Assembly (NCBI GenBank): GCA_018056765.1
Contig: JAGPFA010000014.1
Span: 90-64,089, forward strand
DNA: 64,000 nt
Reading direction: 5' to 3'
Origin: Syntrophaceae bacterium
GTDB taxonomy: Bacteria > Desulfobacterota > Syntrophia > Syntrophales > Smithellaceae
Positions within the stretch are counted from its first letter, which is position 1. Every line of letters starts with the position of its first letter. Under the pieces are notes generated by a model. It was given only the letters and a program-made list of their open reading frames with translations. It did not search any database and was not told the DNA's origin. The position numbers and the translations under genes are program-made. Shown here piece after piece: positions 36,088 to 46,475 of this stretch.

Positions 36088-37140
36088 TCAATGGACAACC
36101 TCGAAATCCAGAATCCTGAATTCAATTTTCCCTCCTGGTGAATGAGGCGGGCTAATGTGATGATTTGCATTTAATCTCTCTACACTTTGGTCTACACGTC
36201 CCTTAACCCTTTTTGCAAGGCCTCCGGGGATTTGCCCATGATATTTTACGGTTTGAACATCAAGCGGAATGCCTTGCTTATCGTAAAACACAATGAGGCA
36301 ATACACATTCTTCACCGGATCACGAAGTTTATTGACCAGAGAAAAGGAGTAATTTCCCATTTGCGAATAGGAATCATAGGTCAGGTTGGCGCCCACCACT
36401 CCTTCTCTGCTTCGTCCACCAAGATCACCTAAAATTGAACGCGGTAATGTCGCCGGCTTTGCCTGCGCCAATGGCTTTGCACTTCCGGTCTTTTTGAGCA
36501 ATTCGTTTAAATAGTTTGATGGGATGGCGAAGTTGAGGTTTTGGCCTCCTCTGAAGGTGGCCACCGACACGCCGATAACTTCGCCCCTACAGTTGAGCAC
36601 CGGGCCCCCACTGCTGCCTGGTGAAATTGGGGCGGTTATCTGCAAAAGTTTGTCTGTTTCGACTTCACGTATGCTGCTGACAATACCCTGCGAGAAGGTT
36701 CCTTCCAGGCCCTGAGGGTTGCCAATGGCGTAAACTGTCTCCCCGACCTGTACGGATTCGCTATCGCCAAGTACAAGCGCCTCCGCCTGACATCCGGATA
36801 TTTTAAGAACAACAAGATCACAGCGCGGATCGACGGCAGTGATGCCTTCTATGTCGAATTTTGTTTTTTGACCAACAATTTTTGCGTACCCACTTGCGGC
36901 GCCTTCAATAACATGCAGATTGCTGGCAACTTCGCCATTACGTACTAAAAAACCACTGCCAAGGGAAAGAGGCTGACCGTTTGCATCTTCCATAACGAGA
37001 AGCACGGTTGCCCCGAACGCTTTCTTCGCTACTTCCTGAGCGGTCTGGGCAAAAACTGTGGAATGCATGGACGCCAAGCAGATACTGGTCAGGAAAAGTG
37101 CAAAGCACCTGACCATAAAAGTGGAATAATTTTTTTCCAT
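36088..37140 (-). CDS. secreted trypsin-like (S1C/DegP-type) serine protease without a recognisable PDZ
   Basis: 350 aa with a signal-peptide-like N-terminus. Catalytic-triad context: ASNLHVI, DLVVLKI and ISPGSSGGPVLN. C-terminal ~110 aa not recognised. Confidence 0.75.
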   Translation of the reverse strand: MEKNYSTFMVRCFALFLTSICLASMHSTVFAQTAQEVAKKAFGATVLLVMEDANGQPLSLGSGFLVRNGEVASNLHVIEGAASGYAKIVGQKTKFDIEGITAVDPRCDLVVLKISGCQAEALVLGDSESVQVGETVYAIGNPQGLEGTFSQGIVSSIREVETDKLLQITAPISPGSSGGPVLNCRGEVIGVSVATFRGGQNLNFAIPSNYLNELLKKTGSAKPLAQAKPATLPRSILGDLGGRSREGVVGANLTYDSYSQMGNYSFSLVNKLRDPVKNVYCLIVFYDKQGIPLDVQTVKYHGQIPGGLAKRVKGRVDQSVERLNANHHISPPHSPGGKIEFRILDFEVVH

Positions 37141-37438
37141 TATTTAATAAGCCCCCTTTGCATAGTTACCAAACACATCCGGCATCATTCAAGCAAACAC
37201 ATACAAGCAGTTTCAGAATGGCTTTAGAGCCTTATCAGCGCTTGTTACGGCACAGACGATTTACAGTAAATCATAGCCTGTGTCTTCCTGTCAAAGCTTT
37301 ACTCCCCGTTTTTTCTTTGTAAAACCTGAAGTGGTTTAAAAGTCTTTTTCTTGTTTTCTACATGGAAACAATTTTTTTGAGCTTTGTATGATATTTATTG
37401 TGAGTTTTTCTTCTCCGGTCCCGGGCAGGCGCAGGTTT

Positions 37439-38035
37439 TTACTTTACCCAGACGGAATAAATATTGAACCATGCTATTTTTACGTATTCCTGGAATATTT
37501 TTTTCCAGTCGGACAATTTGAGGCGCCACGGCTCGACCGGCCTGTTTTCGAAAGGTGTGGGGGAAAAATAAAAACCGGAGGATTGACCGAACACCTTGGA
37601 CACGATCATTTTAATCCGGCGCATATGGTAGGGAGAACTTACGAAAATGGCTGATTTCCGTCCATAGCGATTCATCATCTCGCGGGCGTTCAAAATTTCC
37701 AGATGAGTGTCTTCAAAGTATTGTGGGATCATCGATTTTCCTGCCCGGCGGCCGATGTTTTTTCGCGGCAGTTGTCCGACAAGAGTCATTTCATCAAGTT
37801 CCATTCGATACGTCCTGCCGTAAGCCGGAATAATCAGATAGTCCGCCATTCCTTCGTGGAGCAGGTTTTTCGCGTGCTGATGGCGGGCACGGAAATCCGG
37901 CCCCAAAAGAACAACAATCGCATCCGCCCTTTCGTATCCGTTTGAATACACCAAAAAGCGTGGCGCAAAATAGCCAAGGCCGGCAAAAACGGCGGCAACA
38001 AGGAAGGCAATAAGAGCAATGACAAAGGCACGCAC
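37439..38035 (-). CDS. YdcF/ElyC (DUF218) family protein
   Basis: 198 aa. N-terminal TM, IVVLLG...HEGMADYLIIP, and VSSPYHMRR. Confidence 0.65.
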   Translation of the reverse strand: MRAFVIALIAFLVAAVFAGLGYFAPRFLVYSNGYERADAIVVLLGPDFRARHQHAKNLLHEGMADYLIIPAYGRTYRMELDEMTLVGQLPRKNIGRRAGKSMIPQYFEDTHLEILNAREMMNRYGRKSAIFVSSPYHMRRIKMIVSKVFGQSSGFYFSPTPFENRPVEPWRLKLSDWKKIFQEYVKIAWFNIYSVWVK

Positions 38036-38163
38036 GAAAATATCCTTGACATTACAAGTAATTATTTATATCAAATCAGCAAATTGCGAAAATCAGACGC
38101 AAACAATTTATTGCGATTTAATACCTTCTAATCGCATCTTTTGTAAAGAATTATTTCAGTCGT

Positions 38164-39240
38164 ATGCAAAATTACGTCAGGGAAAAAACAATCCAGTATG
38201 ATACGGGAAAAGAGCTGGATCATTCCATTTACACCAGCATCCTGGAAACGATGGATCTGGGCATTGTGATTCTGAGCACCAAAACAAACCAGCTCATCTT
38301 CAAAAACAGAGTCGCCACCGAAATTTTTCACAACAACCAGAGCCTGCTGGAATATCAAAACATCATGTCTCTGCTGATGGCGGATTACGAAAGTAAGCCC
38401 GCAAATGAGCTTTTCGGTAAAAACTACACACTGCATTTCAAAAACCGGCTGCTCGGTTATACCCCCTACATGACTTCCGGCAATTACATTTGGATTATCA
38501 TCAGGGACATTACTGAACAAAGCCGGCTGGAGTCAATCGCCGCGGCGGTAAACTCGATGGACAACATCAGTTATGTTTTTTCGGGCATCCGGCATGAACT
38601 GGGAAATCCGATCAATTCGATTAAAATGACTTTAAGCGTCCTGAAGAGGAATCTCGCACAATACACGCCGGAGGCAGTAGAAAAATTTGTGGACCGCGCC
38701 ATGGCAGAAATATCGCGCGTGGAATTTCTCCTGCAGGCGCTCAAGAGTTTCAGCATTTTTGAAAATCCGGAGATTCAAAATGTTGACGTGGACGAATTCA
38801 TGACCCGTTTCATTTCACTTGTGGAAAATGACCTGCGCCAGTCTGGAATCAGCATCGGTAAAACAATCTCTCCGGATGCAAAAACAGTCAGTGCTGATCC
38901 TCGCCTGCTGCATCAGGTAATGCTCAACCTCATCACCAATGCCTCGGACGCGCTCAAAGACGCAAACGAGCCCAAAATCAATATCCGCGCCACCCGGCAC
39001 AACGGCCTGATCGCTCTTATTGTGGAAGACAACGGCTGCGGTATTTCCAAAGAGGCCCAGGCCAACCTGTTCAAGCCTTTTTACACGACAAAGCCGCGCG
39101 GTACAGGCCTGGGATTGATGATGGCTCTCAAAATGGTCATGCTCATGAAGGGCAATATGGAAATTAAAAGTGTAAAAAACAAAGGCACGCGCGTGACTTT
39201 CTTCATCCCCGACGGCCGGAAGGAAAATGCTCAAAGTTAA
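38164..39240 (+). CDS. cytoplasmic PAS-domain sensor histidine kinase
   Basis: 358 aa. PAS-like N-terminus, H-box FSGIRHELGNPINSI, N-box LITNASDAL, and G-boxes DNGCGI and GTGLGL. Confidence 0.85.
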   Translation: MQNYVREKTIQYDTGKELDHSIYTSILETMDLGIVILSTKTNQLIFKNRVATEIFHNNQSLLEYQNIMSLLMADYESKPANELFGKNYTLHFKNRLLGYTPYMTSGNYIWIIIRDITEQSRLESIAAAVNSMDNISYVFSGIRHELGNPINSIKMTLSVLKRNLAQYTPEAVEKFVDRAMAEISRVEFLLQALKSFSIFENPEIQNVDVDEFMTRFISLVENDLRQSGISIGKTISPDAKTVSADPRLLHQVMLNLITNASDALKDANEPKINIRATRHNGLIALIVEDNGCGISKEAQANLFKPFYTTKPRGTGLGLMMALKMVMLMKGNMEIKSVKNKGTRVTFFIPDGRKENAQS

Positions 39241-40579
39241 AAGACAAATACTGATCATCGACGACAATGACATTTTCTGCGACTCGGTCACGGACCTGCT
39301 GGCGGATGATCAAACGGACGTGCTCACCGCCCATACCGGGCGCGACGGCCTGAAAATATGCAGCGAAAGAAAGATAGACGTGGTGATCCTTGATCAGAAG
39401 CTTCCGGACACACAGGGGGTGAATCTCTGCCCGTCTATTTTAAAGCACAATGAACAGACAAAAATCATCTTCGTCACCGCCTACCCGAGTTTCAAAAACG
39501 CCATCGATGCCATCAAGGTGGGGGCACACGATTATCTGTCCAAACCCTTTGAAATGGCGGAACTGGAACTGACCATCAAACAGGCCTTCCGCACTCAGGA
39601 ACTGGAAAAAGGCGAGCAGCTTCAAAATTACCACAGCAGCAGGGAAAGCAAAGAATTTGACCTCATCGCCGGCGAAGGGCCCTTCGACGATATCAGGAAA
39701 ATGATTGACCTGGCGGCAGACAGTGATGCACCAGTGCTCATCACCGGAGAGACAGGAACGGGAAAAAATGTCGTGGCGCGCGCCATCCATCTCAAAAGCG
39801 CACTGCCGGCAAAGCTGTTTCTGACCGTCAACTGCGCCGCCTTTCCCGAAAGCCTTATCGAGGCGGAGCTGTTTGGCGCGGAAAAAGGAGCCTTCACCGG
39901 GGCCAGTGCCTCCCGTAAGGGCATCTTTGAACTGGCGGAGGGAGGCACGCTGGTGCTCGATGAAATCGGCTCCATGCCCATACACCTGCAGTCCAAGCTC
40001 CTCGGTGTTCTGGAGGAAAAGAAAATCAGGCGCATCGGCGGGGAAACGGTCAAACAAACGAATGTGCGCGTCATCGCCATCGCCAACAACGACCTGGAGG
40101 CGGCCATCAGGGAAAAAACTTTCCGCAATGATTTATATTACCGTCTGAGCGTCATCCGTCTGCACGTCCCGCCCTTGAAAGAACGAAAAGAGGACATTCC
40201 GAAGCTGTGTGAATATTTCATCAGCCGGATGGCGAGAAATCAGAATGTTTCCCTCGCGGCCGGTGAACTGAGCCGGCTTACCGACTACTCATGGCCCGGC
40301 AATGTGCGTGAGCTTAAAAACGTCATTGAACGGTCACTGATCATTCAGCGCGACGGCCCCCTCAAACCGTCGCATCTGCTAAGAGATAACAAAATGGCAC
40401 ACTCTTATGCCTCACAAACCAATGACGATGAAGAAGAAATTCTTACTTTTGAGGATCTGGAGAAAAAATATATCGGACTGGCTTTGAAAAAATACAGCGG
40501 CAATTACTCCCAGTCGGCAAAGGCTCTCGGGATTTCCTTATCCACATTTAAGAGAAAACTAAAAGCATATAACCTTTGA
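39227..40579 (+). CDS. sigma54-dependent response regulator (NtrC family: REC + AAA+ + Fis-type HTH)
   Basis: 450 aa. REC domain (ILIIDDN...VILDQKLPD), Walker A GETGTGKN, GAFTGA loop (EKGAFTGA), C-terminal HTH (NYSQSAKALGISLSTFKRKL). Overlaps the kinase gene by 14 nt. Confidence 0.9.
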   Translation: MLKVKRQILIIDDNDIFCDSVTDLLADDQTDVLTAHTGRDGLKICSERKIDVVILDQKLPDTQGVNLCPSILKHNEQTKIIFVTAYPSFKNAIDAIKVGAHDYLSKPFEMAELELTIKQAFRTQELEKGEQLQNYHSSRESKEFDLIAGEGPFDDIRKMIDLAADSDAPVLITGETGTGKNVVARAIHLKSALPAKLFLTVNCAAFPESLIEAELFGAEKGAFTGASASRKGIFELAEGGTLVLDEIGSMPIHLQSKLLGVLEEKKIRRIGGETVKQTNVRVIAIANNDLEAAIREKTFRNDLYYRLSVIRLHVPPLKERKEDIPKLCEYFISRMARNQNVSLAAGELSRLTDYSWPGNVRELKNVIERSLIIQRDGPLKPSHLLRDNKMAHSYASQTNDDEEEILTFEDLEKKYIGLALKKYSGNYSQSAKALGISLSTFKRKLKAYNL

Positions 40580-40748
40580 CACAGTCAAAATCCCGCCCGT
40601 CTCCCCGCCTGACGGCTGCCCCGGAAACGCCGGCTCGGTCAAATTGAACCATCCATCATGGCACAAAACCCGGGCTTTTCTTCATTTTCCTCGGCAAAAA
40701 CACAATAATCTCCTGAAATTGCAGCATCAGCAAAAGATGTTTATCTTC

Positions 40749-40764
40749 CGGCACATCCCTTGCT
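40749..40764 (+). promoter_or_regulatory. sigma54 (-24/-12) promoter candidate: CGGCAC-N5-TTGCT
   Basis: CGGCACATCCCTTGCT with correct GG-N10-GC spacing, about 75 nt upstream of the ATG at 40840 and just downstream of the NtrC-type regulator gene. Confidence 0.55.
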
Positions 40765-40839
40765 ACATTATATTTGATTTGTGTTTTTCCGCCGTCGCAG
40801 GCAAAACAAATGCACAGCTGCCGGCCATAAGGTAATCGA

Positions 40840-43407
40840 ATGACTATAGAATATGGCAAGAAACCGCCTAAACAAGACAGCCTTGACGCCCCGCAGGTTG
40901 AGGAGCTTTTAAAAAACCTCGAGTTCCATAAAGCAATCCAGGAAATCACCGGCCGGATCAATGGCGCCTCCGGTCTTGAAGAGGTCCTGGTTGACATCAG
41001 AGAAGAGATCCGCGGTCTTTTTCACATCTACCGGCTCAATATTTACTTAATCGATGCCCGGAAAAGAGAGTTTTTTACACTCATCAGCGACGGAAACAAA
41101 ATTAAGGAGATTCGTCTGCCCATCGACACCACCACTTTTGCCGGTTACGTCTTCCAGAAGAAAAGAATCCTGCGCATCAACGATGCCTATAATGAGCGGG
41201 AAATCAGACAAATAAGTGACTCACTGAAATTTGACGATACATACGACAAAAGTTCCTCCGTAATGACAGGTCAGGTTCTTGTCATTCCGATCATGCATGA
41301 GGGCATCATACTGGGTGTCATGGAAATCATGAACCATAAAGAAGCCGATGCCATTGAGGAGTATAAGCTAATCTTTTTGGACGAAATCACTGTGTGCCTC
41401 GCCAGGGTTTTTCTTACCCACCTCGATTTTCTGCATATCGGCTCGAAAGACGCTCAACGTTTTTCAAAACTGATACGCGACGGCCTTCTGACACCCCGGC
41501 AGATGAATCAGGCCCTGCGTGAATCGCTGGCAAAAAAAGAACACCTGGAGACAATTCTGACACAAAGTTATAACATCTCTGCAGAGCAGATCGGCCAGGC
41601 GCTGGAAGACCACTTTGAGTATCCTTTTATCCCTTACAGCGACGCAATTTACATCCCGCCCCAGATGCTGGCCGGCATAGAACGAACAAATATGGAGAAA
41701 ATGCTCTGGCTTCCCCTCAGAGTGGTTGATGGGATAATTCAGATTCTCATCAGTGATCCTGCAGACCGCCTCAAAAAACTTGAAATAGAAAAAATTCTGG
41801 GAACGAAGGCGCTGAATTTCAACGTCGGCACGGCACCAGATATCCTGAAGCTGATAGACGATTTTTATCCGCGGGGTCAAAAACCGTCCACGTCAGTTCA
41901 TACACGCAAGCCGGCGGCGGAAACAAAGGCAGCGACGGGGGGGAAACAGCAACCTGTCAGAGACATCTTGCATTCTACTTTCATCTTTACGGAATCGCCT
42001 GAAATCCCCCTTTCCTCCGGTTCCGTTGATCAATCCTCAACCTTGCCCCCTGAAGCTGCCATGTCGCCGCCCTGGCCGGACCATTCTCACCATGCCGCAC
42101 AAGCGCCGGTGGAAAAACCTAAATCTTTTACCATTGTGACCCGGCCGGCCGACGACAAGAAGCAGGTGAACATGCCACAGCCGGAAAATGCGGAAGCAGA
42201 AAATCAGGCGTCGGCACTGTCGGACAACCTCTTGCGGGAGGCATTGAGCCGCCATGCCTCAGATATCCACTTCGAACCAGACCCGCTGAAAGGCAATATT
42301 TTTTCACGCATCAGGGTTGATAACCAATTCTTCCCTTTGCGCGCCCTCTCGTTGGACGAATATGAAAGCCTCACCAATGATATCAAACGAAGAGCAAATC
42401 AGGAGAAGACCGGCAACGCAGGTATTGAGTCGGTCAGGTTCACCTTCCAGCCGGCGGCGGAGGAACAGATACAAGTGACGGCGACCTTTATACCGACCAT
42501 CGCCGGCGTCCAGGATACGGTCATTCATCTTTCCTCAAAAGCAAAACTTATTCCACTGGATCTTTTGAGCCTGTCGGAAACACTCTACGCCGAGTTACTC
42601 AATCTCCTTTTCCAGCCCCGGGGGGTCATTTTCATTGTCGGGCCGACCGGCGCCGGCATAACCACCACGCTGCACGCCTGCCTGGAGAGCATCAATACAC
42701 CGGATAAAAAAATATGGACGGCGGAAGAATCACTGGAAATTGTGCAAGAAGGGCTCAGGCAGGTCGAAATTGATCCACAGAAGGGATTCGATTTTCATCA
42801 CGTCCTGCGTGCATTTCTCAACGCGGATCCCGATGTGATTATGGTCAACCCGATTCGTGATCTGAAAACAGCGGCTCTTTGCATGGAGGCATCACTCCGG
42901 GGCAGGATGGTTTTAGCTTCCTTTCCCGCCGAGACCATCACCGGCACAATGGAAAAATGTTTTGACCTGGGGCTGCCTCATCTGTTGTTTGCCGACGCCA
43001 TGCTGGCCATCGTCGAGCAGAGGCTGATGAAAACACTATGTCTGAAATGCCGGCAGAAATACCATCCGAACCGCGAGGAGTATGACGAAATTGCCGATAT
43101 TTACGGTCAGGAGGCCTTTGAGAAGCTGAACATTCCCTATTCCGATTCCTTCAGGCTGTACCACCCCGCCGGCTGTGATGAATGCGGGCAAACCGGTTAC
43201 CGGGGGAAAACATGTGTCGCGGAAATATTCACGTTCACCCCGCAGATCAAACGCATGCTCCGGAGAAAGGAAAACATCGGTTCCATCTACCAGACGGCCC
43301 TCGACGAAGGCATGAACACACTGATCCGCGAGGCGCTTGCCAAGGTTCTGGCCGGGCATACTGACTACCGGCATGCCAGGCTTTCCTGCCTGCAGCAATC
43401 ATACTAG
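40840..43407 (+). CDS. GAF + T2SSE_N + GspE/PilB-like secretion-ATPase-fold protein with degenerate catalytic motifs
   Basis: 855 aa. GAF-like region (residues ~40-200), a T2SS-E N-terminal domain, a long P/S/A-rich linker, then a GspE-type core. The tetracysteine motif is retained (CLKC...CDEC), but Walker A is GPTGAGITTT, Walker B DPDVIMVNPIRD, and the His-box RGRMVLASFPAE. Confidence 0.75.
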   Translation: MTIEYGKKPPKQDSLDAPQVEELLKNLEFHKAIQEITGRINGASGLEEVLVDIREEIRGLFHIYRLNIYLIDARKREFFTLISDGNKIKEIRLPIDTTTFAGYVFQKKRILRINDAYNEREIRQISDSLKFDDTYDKSSSVMTGQVLVIPIMHEGIILGVMEIMNHKEADAIEEYKLIFLDEITVCLARVFLTHLDFLHIGSKDAQRFSKLIRDGLLTPRQMNQALRESLAKKEHLETILTQSYNISAEQIGQALEDHFEYPFIPYSDAIYIPPQMLAGIERTNMEKMLWLPLRVVDGIIQILISDPADRLKKLEIEKILGTKALNFNVGTAPDILKLIDDFYPRGQKPSTSVHTRKPAAETKAATGGKQQPVRDILHSTFIFTESPEIPLSSGSVDQSSTLPPEAAMSPPWPDHSHHAAQAPVEKPKSFTIVTRPADDKKQVNMPQPENAEAENQASALSDNLLREALSRHASDIHFEPDPLKGNIFSRIRVDNQFFPLRALSLDEYESLTNDIKRRANQEKTGNAGIESVRFTFQPAAEEQIQVTATFIPTIAGVQDTVIHLSSKAKLIPLDLLSLSETLYAELLNLLFQPRGVIFIVGPTGAGITTTLHACLESINTPDKKIWTAEESLEIVQEGLRQVEIDPQKGFDFHHVLRAFLNADPDVIMVNPIRDLKTAALCMEASLRGRMVLASFPAETITGTMEKCFDLGLPHLLFADAMLAIVEQRLMKTLCLKCRQKYHPNREEYDEIADIYGQEAFEKLNIPYSDSFRLYHPAGCDECGQTGYRGKTCVAEIFTFTPQIKRMLRRKENIGSIYQTALDEGMNTLIREALAKVLAGHTDYRHARLSCLQQSY

Positions 43408-46026
43408 TTTGTCTTTCCATTGGCTAAGCTTATTGAGCGCCTCAAGCGGGGTTATCGAAGATACATCCAGCTCCCGCAGTTCGGCCAGCACCATGTCTTC
43501 GCTTTGGGCAAACAGACTCAGTTGCGGATTGGCCGGCTTTTCGGCCTTTTCTCCCCGGGCGATCCGCGGCATGCCGATCTCGTCGAACTCTCCCCTTTCC
43601 AGATTGGCAAGAATTTCCCTGGCTCTGGCGATCACCCCGGCCGGCACACCGGCGATGCGCGCCACTTCAATACCATAACTGCGGCTGGCTCCGCCGCGGG
43701 TGATTTTGCGTAGAAAAATAATTTTTTCTCCCCATTCCTTAACGGCGATATTATAATTTTTCACTCCCGGTTTGGATGCCGCAAGGTCGGTCAACTGATG
43801 ATAGTGAGTCGCAAAAAGCGTCCTGATGCCCCTGCCGCCGAAATCGTGGATGTACTCCGCCACTGCCCAGGCGATGCTCAGACCGTCAAAAGTGGATGTC
43901 CCGCGGCCCACCTCATCGAGAATGACCAGGGACCGCGATGTTGCCTGAGTCAGAATGCGCGCCGCTTCGGTCATCTCAACCATGAAAGTGCTTTGCCCTT
44001 TGCTCAAATTGTCCGCCGCGCCGATACGTGTAAATATTTTATCCACCACACCGATGCGGGCCCGCGCCGCCGGCACGAAACTGCCCATCTGCGCCAGCAG
44101 CACAATCAACGCGACCTGGCGTATATAAGTTGATTTGCCGGCCATGTTGGGTCCGGTAATCACCAACAGTCGGTTGTCCCCGAGATCGATAAGCGTATCA
44201 TTGGCTACAAAACCGTCTTTCTTGAGCGCCTGTTCCACCACCGGATGGCGGCCGTCGATAATCTCAATCACATCTTCTTCATCCACCTCCGGGCAGGTGA
44301 AAGAATATTTTTCCGCCGTCCGGGCCAGCGCGCAAAAAACATCCACCGCCGCCACACGGGTTGCGTTGTGCTGAATCTCCGGTATATACGGGACAAGGTC
44401 GTCACGCAGTTTGTTGAAGATTTCATTTTCCCGTTCGCGAATTTTTTCTTCGGCGTTGAGTACAGTCTGCTCGAACTGTTTGAGCTCCTCATTGATATAA
44501 CGCTCGGCATTGACGAGTGTCTGCTTACGCACATAGGAGTCGGGAACGGCGGCGATGTTTGCTTTGGTCACTTCGATATAGTAGCCAAAGACATTGTTAA
44601 AGCCGATTTTCAGCGAGCTGATGCCCGTCGCTTCCCTTTCTTTCGCTTCGAGTCCCGCGATCCATTTTTTACCGTCACGGCTGATCAGACGCAAACGGTC
44701 AAGCTCCTCATCGAAGCCGTCGGCGATGAATCCCCCGTCTGCCGTGCGCGGGGGCGCCTGGGCGACAATCGCCGCCCGCAAGAGTTCTGTCACGGTTTCC
44801 AGGGGTTTGATTTCGTGACGTAACGCCGCGAGCGCCGGCACGGCGGCTCCTTCCAGCGATGCCTTAATCTGCGGTAAAATCTCCAGCGAGGCGGCCAGAG
44901 CATTCAAGTCTCTGGGCGTCGCCAGACCGAGCGCGACGCGGCCTGCCAGCCGTTCGAGGTCATAAGCGCCGGACAGAGCTTTCCTCAGCTCCTCCCTGAG
45001 CGTGTAATTGCCTTTTATTTCCGCCACGGCGGCCAGCCGCAGGCGTATCTTTTCCACGTCGAGCAAAGGATAGGCCATCTGACGGCGCAAAAGCCTGGTG
45101 CCCATCGGCGTGATCGTTTCATTGATCAGTGAAAAAAGAGAGCCGGCGCGCGATCCGTCCCCCAGCGTAAAAAATAACTCCAGGTTGCGCCGCGCAGTTT
45201 CGTCAATGACCAGATAAAGATCCGGGTCATACCATTTTATTTCGGAGATATGCACGGCCCGCGTCATCTGCGTGTCACGTATGTATCCCAAAATCGCCCC
45301 CGCGGCCACCGCCGCCGCCGCATGGCTGTTCACAGGCGATCGCTCAAGGACGCCGGCCTCGAGTTCCCGCTCCAGAAAATCACGCGCACGTGCCGGTGCG
45401 AACAATTCCTCGCCGACGGCACGAATGACACCGGGAGGCAACTGCTCCCCGAGTATTTTTTTTAAAAGCTGACCCGGAAATGAAGAGCTGATAAGCAGCT
45501 CCTGAAATTCCAGGCCGCCCAGCGCTTCGATGAGCGCCTCGCGCTCCTGAAATTCACCTGCCTGAAACTCGCCTGTGGACAGATCCACAAAGGCCAGACC
45601 GAAGACGCCGTCGCGGCAGGCGATCGAGGCCAGATAATGGTTTTCGCCGGCTTTCAAGTTTTCCTCATCCAGCACAAGGCCGGGAGTGATCACCCGGATG
45701 ACATCGCGCCTGACGATTCCTTTGGCGTTTTTGGGATCTTCCACCTGCTCGCAGACCGCCACTTTGAATCCTTTTTCCACAAGCCTGGCGATATAGGAGG
45801 AAGCGGCGTGGTGGGGAAAGCCGCACATCGGCACCGCATCTTCTTTGGATTTGTTGCGGGAGGTGAGGGTGATTTCCAGAACAGGTGCGGCGGTGAGGGC
45901 GTCTTCAAAAAACATTTCATAGAAATCGCCCATCCGGTACAGCAAAATACAGTCCGGGTATTTTTTTTTAATTCCGGCGTATTGCTTCATCGCGGGGGTG
46001 AGGCTGACAGTTGCATCTAGCGCCAT
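43399..46026 (-). CDS. mutS: DNA mismatch repair protein MutS
   Basis: 875 aa with TPAMKQYAGIKKKYPDCILLYRMGDFYEMFFEDA, Walker A GPNMAGKSTY, and DEVGRGTSTFDG. Confidence 0.95.
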   Translation of the reverse strand: MALDATVSLTPAMKQYAGIKKKYPDCILLYRMGDFYEMFFEDALTAAPVLEITLTSRNKSKEDAVPMCGFPHHAASSYIARLVEKGFKVAVCEQVEDPKNAKGIVRRDVIRVITPGLVLDEENLKAGENHYLASIACRDGVFGLAFVDLSTGEFQAGEFQEREALIEALGGLEFQELLISSSFPGQLLKKILGEQLPPGVIRAVGEELFAPARARDFLERELEAGVLERSPVNSHAAAAVAAGAILGYIRDTQMTRAVHISEIKWYDPDLYLVIDETARRNLELFFTLGDGSRAGSLFSLINETITPMGTRLLRRQMAYPLLDVEKIRLRLAAVAEIKGNYTLREELRKALSGAYDLERLAGRVALGLATPRDLNALAASLEILPQIKASLEGAAVPALAALRHEIKPLETVTELLRAAIVAQAPPRTADGGFIADGFDEELDRLRLISRDGKKWIAGLEAKEREATGISSLKIGFNNVFGYYIEVTKANIAAVPDSYVRKQTLVNAERYINEELKQFEQTVLNAEEKIRERENEIFNKLRDDLVPYIPEIQHNATRVAAVDVFCALARTAEKYSFTCPEVDEEDVIEIIDGRHPVVEQALKKDGFVANDTLIDLGDNRLLVITGPNMAGKSTYIRQVALIVLLAQMGSFVPAARARIGVVDKIFTRIGAADNLSKGQSTFMVEMTEAARILTQATSRSLVILDEVGRGTSTFDGLSIAWAVAEYIHDFGGRGIRTLFATHYHQLTDLAASKPGVKNYNIAVKEWGEKIIFLRKITRGGASRSYGIEVARIAGVPAGVIARAREILANLERGEFDEIGMPRIARGEKAEKPANPQLSLFAQSEDMVLAELRELDVSSITPLEALNKLSQWKDKLV

Positions 46027-46475
46027 TTGCCGTCATCCCCCTGCTCCAGATCGATATAATCGGGATGTCCCCCGCCGCGCGGCCGTGTCGGGCCGTCGGT
46101 TTTGCTGATGAAACGGTTGGCGATCCAGCTTATCACGCTGATGAGCAAAGCCCCCAGAAAGGCCCACCCGAAACCGTCGATTTTAAAGCCCGGCACGAAC
46201 GCGGCCACCAGAAGCAGCATCAGAGCATTGATGATGAAGGCGAAAAGCCCCAGCGTGAGGATGGTCAGAGGCAGTGTCAAGATGAGCAGCACCGGCCGCA
46301 TGAAGGTATTGATGATGCCCAGAATGGCGGCGGCGGCAAGTGCTGCGGCCAGAGATTCGACATGAATGCCGGGCAAAATCACCGCGGCAAGAAGAATGGC
46401 CGTGGTAATGACGATCCAGCGGATTAAAAGATACGTTATGAGCTGTCCCTGGTACATGAAATTTACAACTTTCAT
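46017..46475 (-). CDS. phage-holin-IV superfamily / DUF360 membrane protein
   Basis: 152 aa, four TM helices. VILPGIHVES...AILGIINTFMRPVLLILTLPLTILTLGLF is typical of DUF360. Confidence 0.6.
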   Translation of the reverse strand: MKVVNFMYQGQLITYLLIRWIVITTAILLAAVILPGIHVESLAAALAAAAILGIINTFMRPVLLILTLPLTILTLGLFAFIINALMLLLVAAFVPGFKIDGFGWAFLGALLISVISWIANRFISKTDGPTRPRGGGHPDYIDLEQGDDGKWR

